Part shown: one piece after another, positions 36,150 to 45,830 of the stretch | How positions within the stretch are numbered: the stretch's first letter is position 1 | How the letters are laid out: every line of letters starts with the position of its first letter | Source of the DNA: an uncultured Alphaproteobacteria bacterium | Lineage (GTDB): Bacteria; Pseudomonadota; Alphaproteobacteria; Rhizobiales; Xanthobacteraceae | NCBI GenBank assembly: GCA_963840065.1 | Contig: CAWIXF010000007.1 | Span: 23,955-87,954, forward strand | DNA length: 64,000 bases | Direction of reading: 5' to 3' | The notes under the pieces: generated by a model | Told to the model about the DNA's origin: nothing | The model's database searches: none | The model's input: the letters and a program-made list of their open reading frames with translations, nothing else | Position numbers and translations under genes: made by a program

Positions 36150-38740
36150 GCGGCCCGGCCAACGTCGGCCTGCTCCTTGATGGCGGCGATCAGCCCCTGG
36201 CGATCGAACTTGGCGACGTAGTCGTGGAAACCCGCGCGGCGCCCGCGCTCGACCGCTTCCGCTGACACGACGGACGAGAGCGCAATGACGGGCAGATCGG
36301 CGATGCGTGCGTCGGCGCGCACGGCTTCGGCGAAGGCAAACCCGTCCATCTCCGGCATCTCGATGTCGGTGATCGCGACGTCGAACGCGCGGCTCTCTTT
36401 CAGCAGCGCCAGTGCCTCTCGCGCCGACGCCACCGCCGTCACCTCGTAACCGGCGGCCTGCAGCACCGGCGCCAGCATGTTGCGGAAGAAGGGTGAATCG
36501 TCGATCAGCAGGATCGCGTGCGCACGGCGCGCGGCCGGTTCCTCCTTGCGGCGGAACCAGTCCTCGAAAGCGAGGGGCAGGAAATGGCCGACGTCGACGA
36601 TCTCGGTCGCTTGACCCTTGATGATGGCCGACCCGAGCACGCCGGGCGTATCGCCGGCGACTTGAATATCGAGATGATCCTCGACGATATCGACGATTTC
36701 ATCGACCACCAACGCCATGGAACGGCTGCCGTCGGAAAACACGAGCAGCGGCTGCGCGCCCTCGTCGCGCACGCGCACCTTGTCGCTCAGGCTGATCAAG
36801 GGCATCAACTGACCGCGGTACTGCACCATGTGACGACCGTTCGACAGTTCGATCTTGTGCGCGTCGATTTCCTCGAGCCGCGTGATCAAAGCGAGCGGCA
36901 CGGCCTTGGGTTCGGCAGAGCCTGCCCGGAACACCAGCAACGACGTTGTTTGTTCGTCATCGTTTGTATGGCTGACCTCGGCTTCACCTGCCGCCACCAT
37001 CTGCGAGGTGACGGTGCTGCCGAAGGCCTGTGCTAGACCGCTCGGGTCGACGATCATGATCACCGAGCCGTCGCCCAGGATCGTATTGCCCGAAAACATC
37101 GCGATGTGGCGCAGCTTGCTCGACAGCGGCTTCACGACAATTTCCTCGGTGTGGAAGACGGCGTCGACAACGATGCCGAAGGTCTGGCTGCCGACCTGGG
37201 TCACGACGACGAAGCCGTTGGCGACGTCGCATTTATCTTTATCGCCGAGCAGACAATCGAGATGCGCCACCGGCAACAGCTTGTCGCGCAGGCGAAGCAC
37301 GGTCGTGTCCTTGATTTTCTCGATGCGGTGATCGCCGCTATTGCGCGTGCGCACCAGCTCGACCACGGAGAGTTGCGGAATGGCGAAGCGTTCACCGCCG
37401 GCTTCGACGATCAACGCCGCGACGATCGCAAGCGTCAGCGGAATCTTGATGGTGAAATTCAAGCCCGCGCCGGCCACCGATCGCACGTCGATGGCGCCGC
37501 CGATTTGATCGATATTGTTGCGCACGACGTCCATGCCGACCCCGCGGCCCGACACGCTGGTGACCTTGGCCGCGGTCGAAAAGCCCGGAACGAAAATGAA
37601 TTTATGGATCTGCGCTTCGGTGAGCTTGTCGATTTCGGCTTCGCTCACAAGCCCCTGGGCGATGGCTTTCGCCCTGATCCGCCCGGTGTTGAGACCGCGG
37701 CCGTCGTCGGCGACCTGAATGATAATGTGGCTGCCCTCGTGATAGGCCGACAGCCTGATGCGGCCGCGCTCCGGCTTGCCGGCGGCACGCCGTTCGTCCG
37801 CCGTCTCCAGCCCGTGGTCGGCCGAATTGCGCACCATGTGGGTGAGCGGATCCTTGATCAGATCGAGCACCTGGCGGTCGAGCTCGGTGTCGGCGCCCTG
37901 CATTTCCAGGTCGATCTGTTTGCCGAGCTCGTTGGACAGATCGCGCACGATACGCGGCAGCTTCTGCCAGGCATTACCGATCGGCTGCATGCGGGTCTTC
38001 ATCACGCCTTCCTGCAATTCGGCGGTGACGTTGGACAGGCGCTGCAGCGGCGACTTGAACTCGGATTCCTCGTAGCGGCGCACGATCTCCAGGAGCTGAT
38101 TGCGCGTGAGCACAAGCTCGGAGACCATGGTCATCAATTGCTCGAGCGTATCGACCGCGACACGGATCGACTGGTTGGCAGCGCGCCCGCCCTCGTCCTC
38201 TTGGGGCGCGGCCTCGCGCGGCGCGGCCGCGGGCCTGGCAGGAGCTTCGACCTCGGTCTCGCGGAACGCGCGTTCGAGCTCGTCGAGCGGCACTTCGCCC
38301 AGCCGTAGCGGCCGTTCGAGCGTTTGTGAGACAAGTGTGCCGACGGCGTGTTGCGGTCCGTCTTGAACCGGCCCGACCATACGTTCGAGTGCGCCGATTA
38401 GATCCGCGTCGTCGCCTTGCGGCTCGCGCTGGTCGCGTTCAAGTCCGTTGAGGATCGCCTTGATGCGATCGATGGTGGCAAGGATCAGCGTGACGGCTTC
38501 GCTGGACGCTGGCGCGCCGTCGCGAAATTTGCCCATCAGCGTTTCGGCTGCGTGGGCGAGCGCCTCCAGGCGCGGCAGTCCGATAAAACCACAAGTGCCC
38601 TTGATGGTGTGAACGAGGCGGAAGACGTTGCCGAGAATCTTGGCGTTGTTCGGCTCCTGCTCAAAGCGCACGAGCTCGTTGTCGACCACGTCGAGACTCT
38701 CATTCGTCTCGGTAACAAATTCCCGCAGCAGGTCGTCCAT
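36146..38740 (-). CDS. cheA: Hybrid chemotaxis kinase CheA (Hpt-HATPase-CheW-CheW-REC)
   Basis: FRLVHTIKGTCGF, HMVRNSADHG, SGRGVGMDVV, C-terminal receiver domain. Confidence 0.97.
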   Translation of the reverse strand: MDDLLREFVTETNESLDVVDNELVRFEQEPNNAKILGNVFRLVHTIKGTCGFIGLPRLEALAHAAETLMGKFRDGAPASSEAVTLILATIDRIKAILNGLERDQREPQGDDADLIGALERMVGPVQDGPQHAVGTLVSQTLERPLRLGEVPLDELERAFRETEVEAPARPAAAPREAAPQEDEGGRAANQSIRVAVDTLEQLMTMVSELVLTRNQLLEIVRRYEESEFKSPLQRLSNVTAELQEGVMKTRMQPIGNAWQKLPRIVRDLSNELGKQIDLEMQGADTELDRQVLDLIKDPLTHMVRNSADHGLETADERRAAGKPERGRIRLSAYHEGSHIIIQVADDGRGLNTGRIRAKAIAQGLVSEAEIDKLTEAQIHKFIFVPGFSTAAKVTSVSGRGVGMDVVRNNIDQIGGAIDVRSVAGAGLNFTIKIPLTLAIVAALIVEAGGERFAIPQLSVVELVRTRNSGDHRIEKIKDTTVLRLRDKLLPVAHLDCLLGDKDKCDVANGFVVVTQVGSQTFGIVVDAVFHTEEIVVKPLSSKLRHIAMFSGNTILGDGSVIMIVDPSGLAQAFGSTVTSQMVAAGEAEVSHTNDDEQTTSLLVFRAGSAEPKAVPLALITRLEEIDAHKIELSNGRHMVQYRGQLMPLISLSDKVRVRDEGAQPLLVFSDGSRSMALVVDEIVDIVEDHLDIQVAGDTPGVLGSAIIKGQATEIVDVGHFLPLAFEDWFRRKEEPAARRAHAILLIDDSPFFRNMLAPVLQAAGYEVTAVASAREALALLKESRAFDVAITDIEMPEMDGFAFAEAVRADARIADLPVIALSSVVSAEAVERGRRAGFHDYVAKFDRQGLIAAIKEQADVGRAA

Positions 38741-38858
38741 TGGAAAAACGCCTTCGTCACGGGTTTTTCACCCGTCAGCCGCTCGCGCTCAGGAGCGGCC
38801 CTAGTGTGTCGACGAAGGGTTTAATTTTGGTTGCAAATTGGTAACGGAATGCGCGGCA

Positions 38859-38874
38859 TTAACCACTCGTTAAC
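38859..38874. promoter_or_regulatory. CtrA box upstream of the cheA operon
   Basis: Perfect TTAA-ccactcg-TTAAC. Confidence 0.88.
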
Positions 38875-38897
38875 CGCCACGGTCCGGCCGTGCCCGC

Positions 38898-39530
38898 CTA
38901 TTGGGCAGAGACAACAACCGCTTCGCCTTCCATCACGACGGCGGTTTTGACCCCGCAATCTTTGGCGAGCAGCGAGGCATAAAACGGCTGGATGCGATGG
39001 GCATCGAGCGCCTCACTGCCAGTCTCGCCGGTCAATAGCGCCGCTGCGGGCGATATCTTGGCATTCGTGCCGGTTATGGTGACTTTGAAACCCATCGCAT
39101 CGCCCTCGCCGATCGGATCGACGGTGATCTGGCCGCCGCGGGGAATGGATTGCCCCGCGATCAGGAGCATGTTGAGCAGTAACTTGACCCGGTTTTTGCC
39201 AAGAAGTGCGCGCGGCAGATTCCAGGCAAGTTTGGTCTTGTCGTCCTCGAAAAACCCGCGCGAGATGGTCTCGGCATCGCCGAGATCGATCTGTGCGCCG
39301 GCCGACCCGGCCGCCCCGAAGGCGATACGGCAGAACTGCAGCTTGGCGGACGCCGTCGTGGCACTTTTCTTGATCAGATCGAGCGCGAAAGTCTTGGTCG
39401 CCTCGTCCTTGCCTTCCTCCATCACCTCGAGCCCGTTGACGATCGCGCCGACCGGACTGATCAGGTCGTGACAGACGCGCGAGCACAGCAAGGCGGCGAG
39501 GTCGAGCGCTTCGATGGACGAGCCGGACAT
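38898..39530 (-). CDS. chpT: Histidine phosphotransferase ChpT
   Basis: LAALLCSRVCHDLISPVGAIVNGLEV...LQFCRIAFGAAGS; start at 39530. Confidence 0.96.
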   Translation of the reverse strand: MSGSSIEALDLAALLCSRVCHDLISPVGAIVNGLEVMEEGKDEATKTFALDLIKKSATTASAKLQFCRIAFGAAGSAGAQIDLGDAETISRGFFEDDKTKLAWNLPRALLGKNRVKLLLNMLLIAGQSIPRGGQITVDPIGEGDAMGFKVTITGTNAKISPAAALLTGETGSEALDAHRIQPFYASLLAKDCGVKTAVVMEGEAVVVSAQ

Positions 39531-39656
39531 GGACGGATCTCCGCTTGAGCGTGCAAGTGTGCCATACCGGCAAATCAATTTTCGCGCGGATGTTGGGCGT
39601 GATACACCGCATCGCCAAGACGGCCAAGGTTTCAAAGTAAAGGAAAGGAATCGGAT

Positions 39657-40481
39657 TTGACGTCGGCGATTGACATTCTGCCCAACCAGGCAGCTCCGAT
39701 GCTCGAAGAGCTGACGCGAATTGTCGCGCGTGCCTGCGCGCTGATCCTCGAAATCGCGCCCGCGGCGGGTCAACACCTCAAGCCCGATCAGTCGCCTGTC
39801 ACAGCCGCCGATCTTGCTTCCGAAGCGGCGATTCTCGAAGGCCTCGCCCGGCTTGCGCCTGCCATTCCCGTGTTGTCCGAGGAGAAGGCTAGCACAGAGG
39901 CGCCGCCCAAACTCGACGGCAGTTTCTTCGTCGTCGACCCGCTCGACGGCACACGCGAATTTATTGCCGGCCGTGATGAGTTTACCGTCAACCTCGGCAT
40001 CGTAACCCGCGGCGCGCCGGTGCTCGGCATCGTGGCGGCGCCCAAGCGCGGCCTCGTCTGGCGCGGCATCGTCGGCGGCAAGGCCGAGCGATTGCGGCTC
40101 ACGGCGGATGGCGCCGACCAGCCGACGGCGATCCGCACGCGGCGCTGGCCCGATGTCGGCGTCGCGGTGGTGAGCCGCTCACATCTCGATGCGGACACGG
40201 AGACGTTTCTCGAAGGTCTCAAGCCGGTCGAACGCTTGCCGAGCGGCTCGGCCATCAAATTCTGTCAGGTCGCCGACGGCACGGCCGATATCTATCCGCG
40301 GCTGGCCACGACATGCGAATGGGATGTCGCGGCCGGTCACGCCGTCGTTGCGGCAGCCGGCGGCATCGTGACAAAACCGGACGGCAGTGCACTGACGTAC
40401 GGCCATGCCGAGCGCAATTTCCGGATACCGGCCTTCGTCGCCTGGGGCGATCCGCTCAAGGCGTCGTCGCTGGACGTTTGA
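39657..40481 (+). CDS. cysQ: 3'(2'),5'-bisphosphate nucleotidase
   Basis: SPVTAAD, SEE, VDPLDGTREF, EFTVNLG, EWDVAAG. Confidence 0.93.
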   Translation: MTSAIDILPNQAAPMLEELTRIVARACALILEIAPAAGQHLKPDQSPVTAADLASEAAILEGLARLAPAIPVLSEEKASTEAPPKLDGSFFVVDPLDGTREFIAGRDEFTVNLGIVTRGAPVLGIVAAPKRGLVWRGIVGGKAERLRLTADGADQPTAIRTRRWPDVGVAVVSRSHLDADTETFLEGLKPVERLPSGSAIKFCQVADGTADIYPRLATTCEWDVAAGHAVVAAAGGIVTKPDGSALTYGHAERNFRIPAFVAWGDPLKASSLDV

Positions 40482-40507
40482 CCGGAAGACGGCGCCTCAG
40501 CTTTCTT

Positions 40508-40556
40508 GCGCATGATCCTTTCCGAAAACCGGTTCCCACTTTTCGGGATCATGCGC
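40508..40556. repeat. Rhizobial intergenic palindromic repeat between convergent genes
   Basis: gcgcatgatcc...ccgaaaaccggttcccacttttcgggatcatgcgc. Confidence 0.85.
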
Positions 40557-41041
40557 TAGCGCGCAACCGTGCGCGCAACCTCCGGCCATTTGCGTGTCGC
40601 ACTCGCGATGATGCGCGCGGGATCTGCCAGAAACGTCTCACGTGATTCAGCGCTATAAAACAAGTAGAGGCGCTCACCGCTGATTGCCCAGAACAGCGGG
40701 TGGCCCGGCACCGACTTGCCATTTGCCGCCGCGACAGGATCGTAACCGCCGAAGCGCGGCGTGTAGACCTCCGGGTGATCGGCAAATGCCGCTTTGTCGC
40801 CTGTATTGCGGAAGCGCCAAACCACGCCTTCGACGCGCAATTCGAGATCGGGACGGCCGAACACAGGCTTGCCGTCGGTGAAATAAGCGACCGGATCGAA
40901 GCCGCTGATGGCAAGCCCGGTATCGGGATTGACCAGGATCGGCTTCTCGACCGCCTGCGCGAGCGTCGCTCCTGCGACGCCGAACCAAATCAGGACCGCT
41001 ACGGCCAGACGCGGCTTCCGTTGCTGCCGTGCTGAAGTCAT
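40556..41041 (-). CDS. YHS-domain (seleno)protein-family secreted protein
   Basis: GLAISGFDPVAYFTDG, YTPRFGGYDP, RLYLFYS. Confidence 0.9.
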   Translation of the reverse strand: MTSARQQRKPRLAVAVLIWFGVAGATLAQAVEKPILVNPDTGLAISGFDPVAYFTDGKPVFGRPDLELRVEGVVWRFRNTGDKAAFADHPEVYTPRFGGYDPVAAANGKSVPGHPLFWAISGERLYLFYSAESRETFLADPARIIASATRKWPEVARTVAR

Positions 41042-41149
41042 AGTTCTCGCCGAGATTTTGAGTGATTCGGACGCGTTGCCGCCACAATACCGCCGTGCGC
41101 GTGAGCAACCCGTTAAGTGGGGCTTTAAACCTTCAACATGGAGCATCCG

Positions 41150-41752
41150 ATGCGCGCCACTCTGCGCCTTGCGGCTCTCGCGCTCTGTCTCATTGTTATT
41201 GGCGCCGGCATGGCCTCCGCCCAGGATCGCGGTCAAGACCGCGGTCCGCCGCCGCCACAGCAGCACCGCGATACCTTCTCCGCCGACGAAGTCGTCCGGG
41301 CCGGCCACCAGTTCTTCGGCTCGGTCTCGCGCGGGCTGGCGACGGTGGTGGAAAAGGCCTTCAGCCAATGGGGCGAGCCCAACGGCTATGTGCTCGGCCA
41401 GGAAGGCTCGGGCGCTTTCGTGGTCGGCCTGCGTTACGGCGACGGCAAGCTCTATACCCGCAATGCCGGCGACCGGCGGGTGTTCTGGGAGGGCCCCTCG
41501 GTCGGCTTCGATACCGGCGGCGAAGGCGCCCGCACCATGATGCTCATCTACAACCTGCCGGCCACCGACGCGATCTATCAGCGCTTCGCCGGCATCGACG
41601 GATCGGCCTATTTCATCGGCGGTTTCGGCATGACCGCGCTGACCGCGAACAATATCGTGGTGGTCCCGATCCGCTCCGGCGTCGGTTTCCGGCTGGGCGC
41701 CAATATCGGCTATCTCAAATTCACCCCGCGGGCGACCTGGAACCCGTTCTGA
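41150..41752 (+). CDS. DUF1134 (EipA-like) envelope protein
   Basis: Signal peptide; GQEGSGAFVVGLRYGDG, PIRSGVGFRLGANIGYLKFT..WNPF; CtrA-like TTAA-N7-TTTA at 41113-41127. Confidence 0.9.
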   Translation: MRATLRLAALALCLIVIGAGMASAQDRGQDRGPPPPQQHRDTFSADEVVRAGHQFFGSVSRGLATVVEKAFSQWGEPNGYVLGQEGSGAFVVGLRYGDGKLYTRNAGDRRVFWEGPSVGFDTGGEGARTMMLIYNLPATDAIYQRFAGIDGSAYFIGGFGMTALTANNIVVVPIRSGVGFRLGANIGYLKFTPRATWNPF

Positions 41753-41916
41753 GCCGCCATCGACCTTAACGTTAGCGAATGAGCGTAATGGCCTCCGCGC
41801 GCGTGGCGCGTGCGGGGGGTTTAGGTTAATGTTGGCTTGCGCTGGAACTGTTTGGCCCCCCGTGTCATGGTTTTTTTGGGGTTACCGCGGGCAGGGTGAG
41901 TTGGAGGCGTCGATTA

Positions 41917-43215
41917 ATGATCGAACCGATCATGTATTTCGGGATCGGGTTTCTCGTCGCGGCCTTGGTTGGCCTCGTCGTTATCCCCCTCGTCCATGGC
42001 CGCGCCGTGCGCCTGACGATGCAGCGGCTGGAAGCTGCAACGCCTTTGTCGATGGCGGAAATTCAAGCCGACAAGGATCAGTTGCGCGCTGAATTCGCGA
42101 TGTCGACACGGCGCCTCGAAATGAGCGTCGAGCAGCTCAAGAACAAGACCACCAGCCAGCTTGCCGAGATCGGCAAGAAGGGCGACGCCATCAACAAGCT
42201 CAAGGTCGAGCTCGGCGAGAAGTCCGCCACTATTTTCGCCCTGGAAGCGCGCGACAAGGCATTGCGCGACCAGTTGCGCGCGACCGAAGAAGAAATTGCC
42301 GCCAAGACCGGCGCCATGCACGAGGCTCACCGCGCGCTGTCCGACAAGGAAGCCGAGCTTGCCAAAGCCTCGGGAGAACTCGGCGAACAGTCGAGCTATT
42401 CCGAAGCCCAGAAGGTCGAGATCGTAGCGCTCAAGACCCAGGTCGAAGCGCTGAAGGACCGGCTGACTTCCGCGGGCAACGACGTCAAGGAGGCGGAGGA
42501 CCGCCGCGAAGCCGAGCGCGCCGAACTGAAAGTTGCCACCCAGCATCTCGACGAAGAGCGTGGCAAGGTCGAGAACCTCGGCCACCGGGTCGGCGAGCTC
42601 GAGCAGCAACTCGCTGCGCAGAGCACGGAAGCGGAAATTCTCGGCAAGCGCGCCGCGGAGTTCGAAGGCCGCCTCGGCGAGGCATCACGGTTGTTGACCG
42701 AGGCCGAAATCGAAATCCGGCAGCTGCGCGCGCAGAACGAAATGGCCCACAAGTCGGAAAGCGATCTGCGTGCCGCCATCGCCGAAATCGACGACCGCTC
42801 CAACTCGTCGACCGAACGCTACAAGGCGGAAAAGGCTCAGCTCCAGGCCGAATACGAACGCGCCCGCGACGAACGTGACCGGCTCAACCGCGAGCTCGCC
42901 AACGTGAAGCGCGAAACCGAGGAAGCCTGGCAGTCCGAGCGCGTCGAGAACTCGCTGCTGCGCGAGCGCATCAACGACGTGGCGGCGGAAGTTGCCCGCC
43001 TCGCCTCGGCGCTCGAAGGTCCCGATTCCCCGATCGACGCCATCCTCGCGGCCGAGACCGTGCGCGACCGCAAGCCGGAAAAGGTCAAGAATGGCGACAA
43101 GAACGGCGGAGCCAAGCTCGCCGATGTGCCGGCCAACGGCGGCAATCTTGCCGACCGCATCCGCGCGCTGCAGACCGCCGCCTCGCGGCTGCCGCACGAA
43201 GACAAGCCGAACTGA
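41917..43215 (+). CDS. Membrane-anchored long coiled-coil protein
   Basis: N-terminal TM (MIEPIMYFGIGFLVAALVGLVVI), then heptad-rich E/K/R/A region; ends LADRIRALQ. Confidence 0.88.
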   Translation: MIEPIMYFGIGFLVAALVGLVVIPLVHGRAVRLTMQRLEAATPLSMAEIQADKDQLRAEFAMSTRRLEMSVEQLKNKTTSQLAEIGKKGDAINKLKVELGEKSATIFALEARDKALRDQLRATEEEIAAKTGAMHEAHRALSDKEAELAKASGELGEQSSYSEAQKVEIVALKTQVEALKDRLTSAGNDVKEAEDRREAERAELKVATQHLDEERGKVENLGHRVGELEQQLAAQSTEAEILGKRAAEFEGRLGEASRLLTEAEIEIRQLRAQNEMAHKSESDLRAAIAEIDDRSNSSTERYKAEKAQLQAEYERARDERDRLNRELANVKRETEEAWQSERVENSLLRERINDVAAEVARLASALEGPDSPIDAILAAETVRDRKPEKVKNGDKNGGAKLADVPANGGNLADRIRALQTAASRLPHEDKPN

Positions 43216-43219
43216 CGCA

Positions 43220-43247
43220 AAGGGGCCCCGCGCGGGCCCCTTCGTTT
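43220..43247 (+). terminator. Hairpin terminator
   Basis: aaggggccc-cgcgc-gggcccctt-cgttt. Confidence 0.7.
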
Positions 43248-43250
43248 GCA

Positions 43251-43294
43251 CATGATCTGATCCGAAAACCGGCGTCCACTTTTCGGGATCATGC
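43251..43294. repeat. Rhizobial intergenic palindromic repeat
   Basis: catgatc...ccgaaaaccggcgtccacttttcgggatcatg; same family as 40508. Confidence 0.85.
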
Positions 43295-43299
43295 GTTGC

Positions 43300-43329
43300 T
43301 TGACACCCCTCCGACGCACTCCTTATATC
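43300..43329 (+). promoter_or_regulatory. sigma70 promoter of tRNA-Val
   Basis: TTGACA-N17/18-T(T)ATAT directly upstream of the tRNA. Confidence 0.65.
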
Positions 43330-43346
43330 GCCCGGCCTAGACGGCC

Positions 43347-43421
43347 GGGCGGTTAGCTCAGCGGGAGAGCACACCCTTCACACGGGTGGGGTCGTAGGTT
43401 CGATCCCTACACCGCCCACCA
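43347..43421 (+). tRNA. tRNA-Val(CAC)
   Basis: Full cloverleaf: GGGCGGT acceptor, anticodon stem CACCC/GGGTG with loop TTCACAC, GGTTCGATCC T-loop, encoded CCA. Confidence 0.97.
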
Positions 43422-43468
43422 TTTTTCCGGGTCGGCCGGTTTTTGAACACCGCACCGCGGACGCGCCG

Positions 43469-43484
43469 TTAAACCCTCGCTAAC
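43469..43484 (+). promoter_or_regulatory. CtrA-box-like site
   Basis: TTAA-accctcg-CTAAC upstream of the 43526 ORF. Confidence 0.55.
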
Positions 43485-43525
43485 GGACTTGACCGAAAAT
43501 CGCCTTGCAAACATCAGGCAGGACG

Positions 43526-43897
43526 ATGACTGCGCAAAGAGTGTTCGGCCGCCGCAACGCGGTGCCGTCGCAAAACATGGCTCGCGTACAGGAAAGTGTG
43601 CGGGAAATCACGCCGGCTCCGCGGGCTATTGTCGAGCAGCCTGCCGCGAGCAGCTTGCCGCCGCCGGATCATCCGGTTGCCAGGCAATTCGATGAAGAAT
43701 TGCGTCAATGGAAACAGGCGCGCCGGCAGGCCTACAAAATTCCCTGGCGCCAACTGATACTGATGGCCTCGCTCTGCTTCGGCATCGCCGCCTTTGTGTT
43801 ACCCGATACGATCAGCAGCACGCTCGATTGGCTGCTCTACGGCATGATGGCGGTGGGCTTTTATGCCGGCCTGCGGCAGCGGAGGAGTACGCGTTGA
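43526..43897 (+). CDS. Hypothetical protein with two C-terminal TM helices
   Basis: FDEELRQWKQARR...IPWRQLILMASLCFGIAAFVLPD. Confidence 0.75.
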   Translation: MTAQRVFGRRNAVPSQNMARVQESVREITPAPRAIVEQPAASSLPPPDHPVARQFDEELRQWKQARRQAYKIPWRQLILMASLCFGIAAFVLPDTISSTLDWLLYGMMAVGFYAGLRQRRSTR

Positions 43898-43900
43898 GGA

Positions 43901-44281
43901 TCACGACCGCTTCGGCGGTTCACGCGTGAGATTCTTCGACGCCAACTCGTCTACATAATCCTGCCAGTAGCGCTCGTAGTTACGGCCGAGATCGTACAGA
44001 TAAGTCCAGCCGAAAATTCCGGTGTCGTGCAGGTCGTCAAACACCAGCCGCACCGCGTAATTGCCGATCGGCAGTACCTGGATGATGCCGACGTCGCGCT
44101 TGCCGGGAACCGTCTTGCGCTCCTCCGCCGAATGGCCCTGCACTTCCGCGCTCGGGCTTTTCACGCGCAGATATTCGGCCGGCAGATCGAAGTGCGCGCC
44201 GCCGTCGAAGGTGACGGTCAGCGTCTTGCGGTCCTTGTGCAGGCGCAGCTCACTCGGCCAGATTTCCGCGGTGTCGTTCAT
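43901..44281 (-). CDS. DUF971 (GBBH-like N-terminal) protein
   Basis: LPAEYLRVKSPSAEVQGH, PIGNYAVRLVFDDLHDTGIFGW. Confidence 0.93.
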   Translation of the reverse strand: MNDTAEIWPSELRLHKDRKTLTVTFDGGAHFDLPAEYLRVKSPSAEVQGHSAEERKTVPGKRDVGIIQVLPIGNYAVRLVFDDLHDTGIFGWTYLYDLGRNYERYWQDYVDELASKNLTREPPKRS

Positions 44282-44354
44282 GATCTCGTTTTTGGTCTCG
44301 TTCTTGGTCTCGTTCTCGGTTTCGGTCTTGGCGCCGCTTTTACAGCGCCGACCG

Positions 44355-45236
44355 TCAAATCACAAACCGCACCTGGCCGGCCTCGTCGAGGTCGTAACCG
44401 CCCAATTCCAGTGCGCGGGCGATCAGCTCGTCCGTGCGCAGAAAGCGGACGAGTTTCTGCAAGGGCGCATGGAAATAATCGCGCTGCCGCATCACCAGAT
44501 CGAAATGTTCCCAGACGATCGGCACGAAAGCGAGGCCGGCCGCATTGGCGACGCCGCGTGTGGCAATGCCGACATCGGCACGGCCGGCACGGACCGCCTG
44601 CGCGATGTCAGGACCGGTCGGGCACATCGGTTTGGCGGCGTTGAGTTTCTCGAGTGCAAGCTGCGTCCGGTGCAACAGCGCGAGCAGCAAGAGCTGGGCA
44701 CCCGCACCCTCCGGCCGCAGCGCCATGCGCGCGTTCTTGGTGGCGACGTCTTCGATCGACTCAATCTTGAGCGGATTGCCTGGCGCCACCAGGAAGCCCT
44801 GCTCGCGCCGGCAAAACGCGATCAACACGGCATCCTGCAGGTCGCTGCGACTCCGAAGCGTAACCACATTGGTGTCGGCTTCCGCATCCTCCAGCGCGTG
44901 CAGATGAATGGCCGCGGCGACCGTTTCGCCGGCAATGAAGCGATTGAAACCGGCCTCGCTGCCGACCGCCAAGGTCGCAAGCCCCGAACGGCTTTCACGC
45001 AGGGCCCATTCCAGCAGCGGATCGTGGCTGCCAGAGACAATCGGCGCCGGTTCGGGACGCGCCATCCCGTTCGGGTGCACGACACTGGCCGCAAGCCATT
45101 GATCGAGTTCGGCCTTGGGGAAAAGCCACCGTCCGGTGACCTTGGTGCACGGCACCGAGCCCTCGGCCACCATCTCGTAGATCTTGCGTTCCTTGAGACG
45201 GAGGTAGGCGGCAGCTTCAGAAGTTGTGAAAAGCAT
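44355..45236 (-). CDS. Excisionase-type HTH plus PBP (molybdate/tungstate-binding-like) transcriptional regulator
   Basis: MLFTTSEAAAYLRLKERKIYEMV..., GSHDPLLEWAL, CRREQGFLVAPGNP, GRADVGIA. Confidence 0.9.
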   Translation of the reverse strand: MLFTTSEAAAYLRLKERKIYEMVAEGSVPCTKVTGRWLFPKAELDQWLAASVVHPNGMARPEPAPIVSGSHDPLLEWALRESRSGLATLAVGSEAGFNRFIAGETVAAAIHLHALEDAEADTNVVTLRSRSDLQDAVLIAFCRREQGFLVAPGNPLKIESIEDVATKNARMALRPEGAGAQLLLLALLHRTQLALEKLNAAKPMCPTGPDIAQAVRAGRADVGIATRGVANAAGLAFVPIVWEHFDLVMRQRDYFHAPLQKLVRFLRTDELIARALELGGYDLDEAGQVRFVI

Positions 45237-45830
45237 GGTGGCGCCCGGCACTGATATGCAGCGTTTCCAAGAGTTGCAAAAACTGCAAAAATAACAAGGG
45301 GGTGAGTAGCCACATAGCACAAGGCTATGAAATTCTGGGCGTTTTGTGCCGGGGATGGCACAGCCGCGATCCCGGCCAGACAACTGTCGGCTGCGGTCAC
45401 GGCTTCGGCGCCGGCGGAGGTCTCGACAATGCAGCCGCGCAACAGCGCTTGCGCTACACGCAACGCCTTCAACGTGTTCCGACATGCCCGCGGTCGTCAC
45501 GAAGCGAAACGATCTTATTGAAAGGCGTCACCGCAAAACGTTCTATGGGAAGACAGGCCTTCCATAATCTTCGCCCACGAGAAAGCACATCGGCGCAATT
45601 TGGTGCCAAAACATGACGTTCCATTTCGTCTTCACCCATCGAGACTTCTCAGACATCGACAAGTTCGAGTGATAGCCCGCGCGTGACTTGACGTTTCACG
45701 CCACCCCTCACGGCGGCGATGTTCCAATCTCGCGACTATCACACTTGCCCTTGAGAGAAGGCCACGGAACAAGTAAGGTTTTTTTGAAGCACATGGATAC
45801 AGCTTTTTCATTCTTACTTGTCGCGTAAAA

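Noticed and set aside
43347-43421. tRNA-Val as the integration site of the right-hand island
   Set aside because: No duplicate of its 3' end was seen in the window, and core-like genes follow it
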